From positions 57,164,001 through 57,228,000 of the forward strand of contig NC_043000.1 in NCBI RefSeq assembly GCF_006345805.1: a stretch of DNA of 64,000 bases, read 5' to 3'. This document shows positions 1-10,860 of this stretch, piece by piece. Every line of letters starts with the position of its first letter. The stretch's first letter is position 1. The stretch comes from Octopus sinensis. Taxonomy: Eukaryota. A program made the position numbers and the translations under genes. The notes beneath the pieces are model-generated. The model made no database searches and was not told where the DNA came from. It saw only the letters and a program-made list of their open reading frames with translations.

Positions 1-384
1 TTGTTTCAGTCATTGGGCTGTGGCCATGCTGGGACACCACCTTGAAGGTTTAATTGAACAAATCAACCCTAGCACTTATTTTTTTAAGCCTGTTGCCTAT
101 TTCATCAGTTTCTTTTGCTGAATTGCTAAGTTACAGAAACATAAACAAAAACCAACACTGGTTGTCGAGCAGTACTGGTGGACAACACACATACACAAAG
201 ACATATGCACAGATATATGTGTGATACATGTATGTATATACATATGACAGACTTCTTTCAGTTTCACCAACAAGGCTTTGGTTGACTCAAGGCTATAATA
301 GAAGATGCTTGCCCATGATGCCATGCAGTGGGACTAAACCAGGAACCATATGGTTGGGAAGCAACATTCTTACCACGCAGCAAA

Positions 385-385
<1 letters not shown>
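1..385 (-). mobile_element. tRNA-derived SINE, family A (CORE-like centre, internal microsatellite), near full length
   Basis: Reverse complement of 250-385 gives a Pol III A/B-box-like head followed by a gggcaagcatcttct CORE-like motif; 1-190 is the 3' body ending ...actgaaacaa. The same architecture recurs at 10006, 15250, 31372, 41731 and 45526. Confidence 0.8.
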
Positions 386-387
<2 letters not shown>

Positions 388-440
<53 letters not shown>

Positions 441-452
441 CACACACACACA
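388..452. repeat. (TA)n/(CA)n microsatellite
   Basis: Directly visible dinucleotide run. Confidence 0.97.
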
Positions 453-455
453 GAT

Positions 456-884
456 ATGTAGCGAAGACTTTGCCTGGCTGGTTGTAATGTCATAGTTTCT
501 TGTTGACGTTTTTTCTTGTCTTTCCATTTCTCTTCTTTCCTTCTGTCACTCCTTTGTGTTGCCTCTTCTATGGTGCGTCGCCAGTCTCTATGGTTGCTGG
601 CAACTGCTTCCCAGTTGCTAATGCTGATGTCGCCTTCATGCTCCTTTTGCAAACATCCTTGTATCGTAAGAAAAGTTTTCTCACTGACCTAGTGCCCCTA
701 GCAAGCTCTCCGTAGAGTCTTCACTACATTTGCGGCACCTGTCAGAGGGAGTGTTTGTCCAGGATAGGACTACACAGTCACAGCAGGAGATGTATTAGGG
801 CATCAAATGTAAAAGCCAGACTTGATTATGTTATGCGCAACTCCATTGTCTCCCTAGACAAAAAAGATGCCAACAACAACAACA
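456..884. mobile_element. RTE-clade LINE 3' end with inverted 5' segment (456-715 on minus, 716-884 on plus)
   Basis: Minus strand reads LYGELARGTRSVRKLFLRYKDVCKRSMK, then after one frameshift NWEAVASNHRDWRRTIEE...QPARQSLRYI. Plus strand from 716 reads LHYICGTCQRECLSRIGLHSHSRRC (RTE C-terminal zinc finger), then ccattgtctccctagac...gatgc(caa)n, an RTE-type 3' tail. Confidence 0.88.
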
Positions 885-1396
885 TATATATATATAAGGC
901 AGCCCCAACATGTGCTCTCTCATTCATTCACCTAGCAGCTATAATCCCGAGCACAGATAAGTTTGAATGCTTATTTTCACTTCTCGACCAATCATACATG
1001 TTTTTTTATCTGTTGTTATTTATCTATCTAACTATTTTATCTAATTTCTCCTCTATTAATTCTGCCCGACCAAGTCTCGCTCTCTCGTCTATATCAACCT
1101 TCGCGTATTCGCGGTGCACCCACCCTGCCCACCCCCACCACCAATACCGGATATCTCTATATTTTTGCTCCATCTATACCAGATGTCACTTCTCCCACCA
1201 CCATTATAGGTGTCTACTCTTCGAACCCCCCTCCTCAATACGCTATTTCACCATGCATTACCCCTCTCTTGATATCCTACGTTCTACTTGCCTAGAACCT
1301 GTCATCATTTCTCTGAACCACCCCTCCCCACTGGTGCTCCCCTATATTTCTGCACCCCCCCCCCCACTGGTGCTCCCCTATATTTCTGCACCTCCC

Positions 1397-1689
1397 CACA
1401 TAAAAAGCACCATCCGAACGTGGCCGATGCCAGCACCGCCCCGACTGGCTTCTGTGCAGGTGGCACATAAAAAGCACCAACCGACCGTGGCCGATGCCAG
1501 ACCCCTCTGGCACCTGTGCAGGTGGCACGTAAAAAGCACCCACTACACTCGCGGAGTGGTTGGCGTTAGGAAGGGCATCCAGCTGTAGAAACACTGCCAG
1601 ACCAGACTGGAGCCTGGGGCAGCCCCTGGCTCCCCAGACCCCGGTCGAAACCGTCCAACCCGTGCTAGCACGGAAAACGGACGTTAAAC

Positions 1690-1722
<33 letters not shown>
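1397..1722 (+). mobile_element. RTE-LINE 3' UTR fragment (family C) with ~65-bp tandem units and (GAT)n tail
   Basis: ggttggcgttaggaagggcatccagctgtagaaac...ggacgttaaac(gat)n. The same sequence lies directly downstream of an RTE ORF at 58410-58961. Confidence 0.85.
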
Positions 1723-1749
1723 ATATATATATACACGCACACACAATTC

Positions 1750-2100
1750 ACAATTGCAGCATGGAAGATGTTCATAAGCCGTTTAAGAACACACAAAAAA
1801 CTGTTAGATTTGCTTCAACATTTAAATTTAATTTCTGTCAAGATATTTTCATCACTTTGAAACCATGACCTGTTCATTGCCAAAACTTCATGCTGAACGA
1901 AGTTTTGTCATTGAACAGGTCGTGGTTTCAAAGAGACGAAAATATTTTGGCACAAATTAAATTTACATGTTGAAATGAATTTAACAGTTTTTTGTGTGTT
2001 CTTAAACGGCTTATAAGCATTTTCCGTGCTGCAATTGTTTTTGTTTTTGTTTCAGTACATGATCTCAGATCAAGTCACTTGCTATGTTAGTACATCTCTG
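1750..2100. mobile_element. Foldback (long palindromic) MITE, Tc1/mariner-pogo-like, left end truncated
   Basis: ~140-bp imperfect inverted arms (1750-1889 and 1899-2038). Right terminus ...gtacatctctg|TA is the reverse complement of the left terminus TA|cagagatgtac of the copy at 51049. Confidence 0.85.
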
Positions 2101-3470
2101 TAATATATATATTAAAATTATATTTTATGTCTCTCAACATTCCTTTTTAAAATAAAGTGATATATCTTATGACCTGTAGTTACTGAATTCTCATAGAATG
2201 AAGAAAGAAGAATAAAGGATTTGAAAACAGAAAAGTCTGATACTCTGCATAAGAGGTACTTGTTTTCATCTTGTAGAAGAGATATACCAAGGTCTGGAAT
2301 AGATAGCTTTGAGTTTCTTATTACTGCTAATGACTAACACAAAGCACAGGTAGATAGTCAATAGAGTACCGGATAAACTAAGATGTTGGCTGTTTGTATT
2401 TTGTCACTAATACTGTGTTGTGTCCCTGGCTCAGACATGTAGCACTCAACAGCCAACTAGCTCCACCTACTTCTAAGTAGGTGCCACAAGATAATATAGT
2501 TAGTTAATGTAACAGCTGCACTGTAAAACCAACATGTGACTTGTTAGTTTACAGTTCAGAGTTCAGTTCCTTGAAGATTAAAGTTTCCTGCAATAAATTG
2601 GCATTGTGTACAGGGGGAGATTTCCTTTTAATTCGATTTATCTTTCAGAAATCTGAGATAATCAATAGTCTGGTGGATCATTAGAGGTATGTGAAAAATC
2701 AGAAATGGCTACAGTCTGTATGAAATACTTCTGAGAATATAATATAACTATACAATAGAACAACTAGACTTGTTCAATACAACAATGAAATATCTCATGA
2801 AATTCCTTGGCATCTTTAAAGTGCAAAGCATCTCTTTTAAAATCTCACTCTTATAACAGTATGCCTGCCTACTATAAAGTTATGATGGTTACAGTTACTA
2901 ATCAAACTAATTAAACGATTGAGTTAGTGTTAATATATTTAATGCAAAGAGCATTATAAAATTAACGAGAAAAAATAAGCAATAGCTATTGACTAAGTAT
3001 TATAAGTCTTTTGGCAAGTACAGGAGACACATCTGGATATGTTTCTGACTTATTTTATCTCCCCGATAAAGCATAGACTTGTACTTGCCAATTCTTTGAT
3101 CAGCCTATCTTTGTACTCTATCTCTACTCAAGCAGGATGGACAGATACTATTCAGTAATAAGAACAGTGGTTCTATTGACATAAGTCTCTGAATTATTCT
3201 CTCTCTCTATTGTATGCATCAACTTTGTAGATAACTACAGTTATGCAAATTACTATGTGAAAACAAAATAAGCCATGTTTGTTACTTGGTATATTTGATC
3301 TATGCACAAAATAGGTATCAACATATGTCTTAAAAGCTGCCAGTCACTAATATCTACTGGAACTGAAGCCTCAGCAATTCTATCTATGGTTTCAAGAAAA
3401 ATATCACCAGATATCTACAACCCTTGTACCAAAATATTTGCTATGCAACTTCCACTCAATATGGTTGCTT

Positions 3471-3475
3471 TATAT

Positions 3476-3539
<64 letters not shown>
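3471..3539. repeat. (TA)n microsatellite between two copies of a ~120-bp direct duplication
   Basis: Visible run; flanking segments 3354-3470 and 3566-3680 align. Confidence 0.92.
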
Positions 3540-3541
<2 letters not shown>

Positions 3542-4524
3542 AAAGGATTAGTTTTACTATCAATACTACTGAAACTGAAACTTCAGCAATTCTGTCTATG
3601 GTTTCAAGAAAATGATATCTACAACCACTGGACCAGAATATTTGCTATACAATAAGACTTCCACTCAGTATGGTTGTTTTTTTGTTTTATTTTTTTGACA
3701 GCCACATTATGTTGGCAAATAGCATTTACTTTAAAGATCTGTTACTGAATATCTCTCTTTGAGAGATTTAGAAATAATAATATTTCTATATTATTAGATC
3801 AGTGACTGCGTGTCACTTCGAAAACTATATATTCAAATGGTGAACTCAACAATGCCACATAGCCAAACAGCTACTCTGTGTTAATAAAGGACAGTAACCC
3901 AGAAACCAGTTCACAGATGTTTTGTACTGGATGGAGGTGCTGAACTCCTTGTTCGAAAGTATAAGGACACAGATATTGTGTCATATAGCCAGCTGGAAAT
4001 GATGTTCTCTGAGGCTAAACAACAATAACATCGTCCCTTCCAGGACAGCCACATTATGTTGGCAAATAGCCTTTACTATAAAAAGATAATTTGCAATTAA
4101 TGCATATCCATCCTTCAGTATATTAGTATAGTAGATGGATGTTCATAAAATTATTTTACTTGCAGATTATGTCTTCTAAAATTGATGGTTGAGATTGTTT
4201 TGTGTTTAATTAAGAACTTCTATTAACACTTTATTATTGAAGTAGACACATAGAGTCTGCTCCTATAATTAGATTTATTTTCTTTTACTTGTACATTACG
4301 ACTAACATTAATTAGTAAAAATTGTTTGCATTGTAATAATGGATTAACAGTTTTCATTAACATATTAATTAAATTAATTACATTTATCAACTTGTTAAAT
4401 TATTATTTTTTGCTACAGCTTAGTTGTTATAATGTTTGTTCAAATCTATGAAATGTTGATGGTCAGTTCAGTTCCAGCTGTTAGCCGTTTCATCTTGCTT
4501 TAATCAGGTATAGTGTACCTAGAA

Positions 4525-4725
4525 CAGTGCTTTTCAACATTTTTGCTGGAGCGGAACCACAAGGAAACATTCCACTGGCTCGAGGAACCCCTGTGCAATA
4601 ATTTAATAGTCTTCTGCACACATATCTGCACAGGAGAATTAAAAATTACTGCCAATTTTAGCAGTTTTGTAACTTCTTGCGGAACCCCTGGACTATACTG
4701 GCGGAACCCTGGTTGAAAACCACTG
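4525..4725. mobile_element. hAT (Charlie-like) MITE
   Basis: TIRs CAGTGCTTTTCAAC / GTTGAAAACCACTG (13 of 14 match); degenerate 8-bp flanks acctagaa / cgccagaa; internal repeated ggaacc motifs. Confidence 0.85.
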
Positions 4726-5745
4726 CGCCAGAACTACATTAACCAATGTGTTCTTTTTAGAACACTCTGATTTGAGTGAGACTTTACTGCTCCTTCTAAC
4801 AGATAATGCAACAACACAGGGGCTCCCTCATTGGATTATTTTAATAGCATTGATATAATTGTTCAGCTCAAAAGTAGCTATGATCATGCAAAGCTATGAT
4901 CAAAGATATTCAACTGTAAACATCCTGTCTTTTTTTTTTTTCCTTTTTTTTGGACAAGATGTATGTAAGATTACATTATCCAATATTTCATTCCATTTTT
5001 AGTTTCAGTCCTCTATATCCTGAGTTCAAATCTCATTGGAATTGCCTTTAGCTTTCATTTTTTCTGGAGTGATAAAATATACAGCAGGTACACATTCAGA
5101 TTGATTCAATCACCTACCACTCCTCTCCTATAGGTGCATGGCTTCATGCAAAAAATCCTTGTTATTTTTTTCTATTGTTATAGCCAGAATAACACTTTTT
5201 GATAATGTTCATTATTATTGCAGTATTTATATTTCAGATGTTTTTAGAACAATGTTAGTACTAGAAATATAATTTTGGCCTGTCTATTATCTATAGATGA
5301 AAGTTTTTATTTAATTTGTCATAAGTTTTCATTTAATTTGAAACCTCTCTACTTTAACCAAATGATTATTTTGGATGTTGGTCTGCTAGAAAAGTGCACA
5401 TGATTCTTAAATTATTTTTCTCCATCTTATTTACCTGCGTGTTTTTGTTAGTAATTAACCTATTTATTTTTTTTTTTATAAAAAACAACTGATTATATAA
5501 GTTAGTTGAAACTAATAACCTCTTTCATCAGATAATCTTTTCTTCCCTTCTTGCATTTGTTATCTAAATAATTAATACCTGTCCTGTCTACAATACTAAG
5601 TTCATACATCTACTGTGCAATTAAAATTTATGATCTTCATCTACCCACTTTTAATTTAAATCTTTTTTCATCAAAGAACAAAATCCAGGACTTCATTTGT
5701 AAAATATTTGTGAGTTTATAAATAAAGTATTATATTTAGATAAAA

Positions 5746-6006
5746 TCCTTTTTGACACCAATCTGCCCCTGGCCACCTATGGTTCATATACAAAACCACC
5801 TCTTTTAATGCCTTTGTATTTGAATTGAAACCTTTCCATCATAATTTTATGTTAGAACTCTTCCAGAAATAAACTAAATATACCAGTTCGGATGGATTTC
5901 TCACAGTTTAAATTTCACTAAATCTTCCCAAATTCTTGATAATTTAAAACATTAACCAAAACACAGGCATCGCATTTTGTCAAAAATATGGTCATGAAAA
6001 AGTTGA
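5746..6006. mobile_element. Degenerate piggyBac-type MITE
   Basis: Left end cctttttgacaccaatctg...tatggttc resembles ttaacccttttgttaccaacccg...ctggtt at 15635; right end atatggtcatgaaaaagttga is a decayed inverted terminus. Confidence 0.45.
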
Positions 6007-6214
6007 ATTGATTTTCCAAGCATGAAACCTGTTATAAAAAATGTGATGACACCTTTGCACCACTCAGGCTACAGCCCTCCAACCTATGGGGCTGTTTTTG
6101 GTAGTCATTACTGGTGAGGGTTTTATAAGGCTGGAATGCAAATTGTATTTCAACCTGTTTTAGTTGCCTTTTAAGACATATAGAGGAAACACTAGATTTA
6201 TATATCTTTGACAT

Positions 6215-6350
6215 GCTGGTCCCCACACAGCACTAGAGCAGTGTGAAATGAAGTATTTTGCTTGAAATCATAACGCACCACCTGGTCCAGGAATTAAACG
6301 CATAATCTGGCAATCATGAGTACAACACCTTAACCACTAGCCACATTCTT
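6215..6350 (-). mobile_element. tRNA-derived CORE-like SINE head (family E)
   Basis: Reverse complement gives tggctagtggttaaggtgttgtactc...tttaattcctggacc, then ttcatttcacactgctc; a related copy lies at 51850-51970. Confidence 0.6.
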
Positions 6351-6534
6351 TCATGATAAATAAAGGACAAAAAAAATCCAAATATTATTAACAATATTAC
6401 ATCCTCCCATTTCACAGAAGTTCAACAAGGAAGCCTCTTTGACTGCTAGAAATAGCAACCAAATTTCAAGAGATAACCTATCTTACAAAAGAAGGAAGCA
6501 TACACACACTGCATTCTATAGTTTTAGATATAGG

Positions 6535-6930
6535 TGTAGGTACGGCTGTGTGGTTAAGAAGCTTATTTAGCAACTATGTTGCACTGGGTCTGGTCTCATT
6601 TTGTGACACCTGCAATGTCTTCTACTGGAGCCACAAGCCAACCAAGGCCTTATGAGTGGATTTGGCTGACAGAAACTGAAAGAAGACCCTTGTGTGTATG
6701 TGATTGTGTGTGTGTGTACCCTCATCTAGTCATCAGATGATGTTCATAAATGCACATTATCATGATACAAGCAAAGTTGTTCATTTCCAGTCTACCATGG
6801 AAGATATGTCTAGCTATGGGGAAATATTACCTCAGTCAGAAAAAGGTGAAGGGTGGCAACACAAGGACATCCAGATGTAGAAAATCTGCCTCAGCAAATT
6901 CTTGCCCGACCCATGCATGCATGGAAATAT
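6535..6930 (+). mobile_element. tRNA-derived SINE (family F): family-A-like head with RTE-related 3' tail
   Basis: Head ggctgtgtggttaagaagc...gaaactgaaagaagac; 3' part gggtggcaacacaaggacatccag...gacccatgcatgcatggaaa resembles the family C/RTE tail. Confidence 0.65.
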
Positions 6931-7399
6931 GAGAATTAGTTGAAGATTAAGCACTGTACTAGGTAAAAAATAAATCGACAGATCAGAGCCTAATTACTTA
7001 TAATTCTAGAACTGCTCAGTTATTTTACTAGATATTTTCCTCTGTTGTTGTATAGACAAATACTTAGGGACTAAAGAGTTTCTACAAAGAATAGTACACC
7101 AGTTTAGAGTACCATGCTTTTGATAGGAGAATTGAGTATTGTATTTGTTCTCTCCAATATCAGCTATATTTTCTATATCCTTACTTCCCCCACTCCTATT
7201 TTCTTCAAAAGTTGGCCTTGTGTCTCAGTTTACAGGATTAATATATAAATATCAAACATATAAGCCTAACAGCTTAACACTCGAACAATTATTAACTACG
7301 CAATAAAAATCAATGATACCAGAAACATATATGAATATACATTTGTTTATTCAGTCGTTCATTTTCTTTTGTTTTTAAGTATTTAAATTCTTCCTCTGA

Positions 7400-8730
7400 A
7401 GAAGTAGCTTGTTTCTACAAAGATACAAAGCTCCATCATTAGAACGTAGAAAGCAGAAACAATGCCACATTTTAAGCTTGAGAACAATCTTGCATACTTT
7501 TACTGTTTCACTTATATATTTGTAATGTGCAAGCTGGTTGATTTCTTTTTTCTGAAAATCCAAGCTTATCCAGACTGTCTCTTATGCATTTACTCACAAA
7601 ACTAAGTGCACCAATTATTTATTGGTGTAAATGTAAATTTGTACTCTATATGTAGGAGCTGTAATCTGTATATAGGAACTGTTTCAAAACAGTTGTCCAT
7701 AGTTACCCTCCTCTTTGATCTTCAAAGAGATATTCACCTCAAGCAGGACAGCTAACTCCTATGATGGTATACACTTTTCGTTGTCTGCCCCAAACAATAT
7801 CTGGTCTATTATGCTTATATTTGACAAATGTGATGGGAATGTCCCACCAGTATTTCTTGTGTTGATGTTTGTGTACATATTCAATAACAGGGGTTCCTCT
7901 GTATTTTTTCCAGGACAGTCTTTTTTCTGAATGGCATTGTATATTGTTTTTGCGACAGTGTTGTGTAGGGAGGTAGTACCGTGAGGACATTTTTGGGCAG
8001 TTGCTAATCACATGTATGATGTCTTCTACAAAAATATGACATAATCTACATTTGTGGTTGTCTCTTGGAATTCCAAGGGTTTCACTTTCTTTTGTTTATT
8101 AGGTATTTAGCAGCAATCTCCAGTTCTTGGATTGCAGATGCATAGCCTTTGAAGTGTGATATGATGTAACGGTCACAAGTCCAAGAGAGATTTCGCTTCA
8201 TGTCAATATTACTGTCTTCTTTACGTCTTTGTGAAACATATCCATGCATGGTCTTTTTTTGGTATGCTGAGCATTTCACATTCAGGTCTTCTTTGAGGTA
8301 TGTCAGTCCAGTTATTTTGGGGCCGTATGGGAGGTCATCAGGAAGAGAGTACTTCTTGAGGAGCTCAGTGCTGACATTGTTCTCATTACTTTTCAGCATT
8401 AAGTTAATGCATTTATTTTTGCTGCTGTTTAACAAGTGCTGTCTGAGAGAGACTATATGACACTTAAAGGTTGTCTGCACTGATCTCAGGCCTCTACCTC
8501 TTTTATCTCTCCTGTCAATGTCACTATTTTTGTGGAAATTTTCAGTTGATGTCAGTATTTTGCAGGTTTTAACATCTATGGAGTGGATTTCTTCTACAGG
8601 CCAGTCGAGTACCCCAAATGTTGGAATCAGCACTGGTATAGCAAATGCATTGTGGGATATTGTCTTGTTGTTAGAGAAAACTTCCAACTGCCATATTTTT
8701 CTAAGTCTGACATAATATTCTCAGGTTACT
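7400..8730 (-). pseudogene. Decayed R4/Dong-like non-LTR retrotransposon (post-RT region, CCHC finger, restriction-like endonuclease)
   Basis: NAFAIPVLIPTFGVLDW...KILT...SDIDR...RGRGLRSV; then ISNCPKMSSRYYLP, WWDIPI, KHNRPDIV, IIGVSCP, YKFTFTPI and ETVKVCKIVLK, with frameshifts. These motifs are typical of R4-clade RLE elements. Confidence 0.85.
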
Positions 8731-8809
8731 CTTTTTATTCATAGTACCTTCGTATGATGTGTGTGTTTGTGGGTGTGTATATATTTATATAGATAGACAG
8801 ATAGATAGA

Positions 8810-9355
8810 TATCATCTTTATTTAGCATCCGTTGTCCATACTGACATGGGTTGGATGATTTGACTGGGTTGGCATGCTGGAAGGCTGTGCCAGGATCCAG
8901 TCTGATTTGGCATGGTTTTCTTCGGCTGGATGCCCTTCCTAGCGCCAACCACTCTGAGATTGTAATGGGTGCTTTTACATGCCATTTGCATGACACTGGT
9001 ATCTGTCATGACTGCGATTTTGCTCGACATGATGGGTCTTCTTCTCAAGCACAACATAATGCCAAAGGTCTTGGTCATTGCCTCCTTAAGGCCCAACACT
9101 TGAAAGGTGCTTGGCTACTTTGCCTCCATGAGGCCCACTACTCGAAAGGAACTCAGCCATCATGCTTCCGTGAGGCCTGTTCGAAAGGAACTCAGCTACC
9201 TCACCTCCATGTGGCCCAGGAGCTAGGCCAATTTGCATTCATGAGGCTCAATGCTTGAAAGGAACTGAGCCACCTTACCTCAGTGAGGCCCACTCGAAAG
9301 AAACTAAGCCACCTTGCCTCCATGAGGCCCAACATGAGGAACTCAGCAACTTTGC
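8810..9355 (-). mobile_element. RTE-LINE 3' end with tandem array derived from the ORF terminus
   Basis: 8810-9000 is the family C tail on the minus strand; 9030-9100 encodes LGLKEAMTKTFGIMLCLRR (RTE end); 9075-9355 holds about seven degenerate ~40-45-bp repeats. Confidence 0.8.
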
Positions 9356-10005
9356 CATACAGTCACACATATATATATTATTTGGTCATTTTTCTAAGCT
9401 AGCACGGGTTGAATGGGAAGAAATTGGATGCTTTTCTTGTTACCAACCCTTATCTGTTCTTCAAATATGGTATTTTATTTTTATTCTAGAAGTCTATATA
9501 ACAAGCTTACTTAGTTTCTGTCTATCAAATTCACTAACAAGACATTAAGCTAAGTAGCAGATATCTACTCTTGGTGCCATGCAGTAAAACTGAAGACAAA
9601 AGCACATGACTGCAAAGCAAGCTTCTTAAACATGTAGCCATTCCTCCAACTATATATATATATATACACACACACATGCACATACACACACATGCACATA
9701 CACACACAAATATTAACCATTTACATTACAGCTAATCACTGTTCATATTCTGTCAGTGTTCTAAATTATAGAATACTTTCAGTGTGGTGCTGAAACAATG
9801 TTAGATGCAATGGTGGATAAAATAACTGCTAAATTGTCTGTGATCCTCATGGGAAGGAGACTAAATTGTCTACCTTATTGTGTACTTTGGTAAATTACTT
9901 CAAAAGCTATTTTGGGTAACCAGTTGCACAGTAACAGATGCATGCCTCAACACCCATAGTGAGATCTGTTCTTTTTGTAGCATTGTATACATCATATATA
10001 TATAG

Positions 10006-10395
10006 TCTTTTATTTGTTTCAGTCATTTGACTATGGTCATGCTGGAGCACTGCCTTTAGTCAAACAAATCAACCCCCAAGACTTATTCTTTGTAACCCTA
10101 GTACTTATTCTATTAGTCAGTTTTGCTGAGCTGCTAATTTATGGGGACATAAACACACCAACATCAGTTGTCAAGTGATGGTGTGGGTACAAACACAGAC
10201 ACACAAGCATATACATACATTTATATATATATATGACAGGCTTCTTTTAGTTTCCATCTACCAAATCCACTCAGAAGGCTATGGTTGGCCTGAGGCTATA
10301 GTAGAAGACACTTGCCCAAGGTGCCACACAGTAGGACTAAACCTGGAACCACATGGTTGGTAAGCAAGCTTCTTAACCATGCGGCCACTCCTGTA
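10006..10395 (-). mobile_element. SINE family A, full length
   Basis: Complete head (agaagcttgcttaccaaccatgtggttccaggtttagtcc...ccttgggcaagtgtcttctactatagcc), microsatellite spacer and 3' body. Confidence 0.88.
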
Positions 10396-10432
10396 TACAT
10401 ACATACGTACGTATATATATATATATATAAGC

Positions 10433-10600
10433 TGCAGGTGTGGCTTTGTGGTTAAGAAATCTGCTTCCTAATCCATGGGGTTTTGGGTTCAGTCTCACTG
10501 TGCAGCACCTTGAGTAAGTGTCTTCTGTTGGTTTGGGCTGACTAAAGTCTTGTGACTGGATTTGGTAAACAGAAACTGAAAGAAGCCCATCGTGTGTGTT
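10433..10600 (+). mobile_element. SINE family A/F head, head-to-head with the preceding copy
   Basis: gtggctttgtggttaagaa...gggttcagtctcactg...ccttgagtaagtgtcttct...gaaactgaaagaagccc. Confidence 0.82.
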
Positions 10601-10748
10601 TTTATGTTTATAATGCACACATTTCTTATAGAAACAAGAGAAAAATTTAGTCATGATATGTAATATAGTTCTATTCTTTTATTCAAGACTAAGATCTTAG
10701 TAACAAGAAATTCAGAGTTGTAACAAGGCGAAGCCCCACCATTTTTTT

Positions 10749-10785
<37 letters not shown>

Positions 10786-10829
10786 AACAAGTCAAATTGC
10801 GATAAAATAACATTAATTATTATCGCTGG

Positions 10830-10860
<31 letters not shown>

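Noticed and set aside
755-1588. Longest ORF (277 aa) as a gene
   Set aside because: It is a chance read-through of an RTE zinc-finger end, its 3' UTR, microsatellites, an unknown repeat and a family C element.
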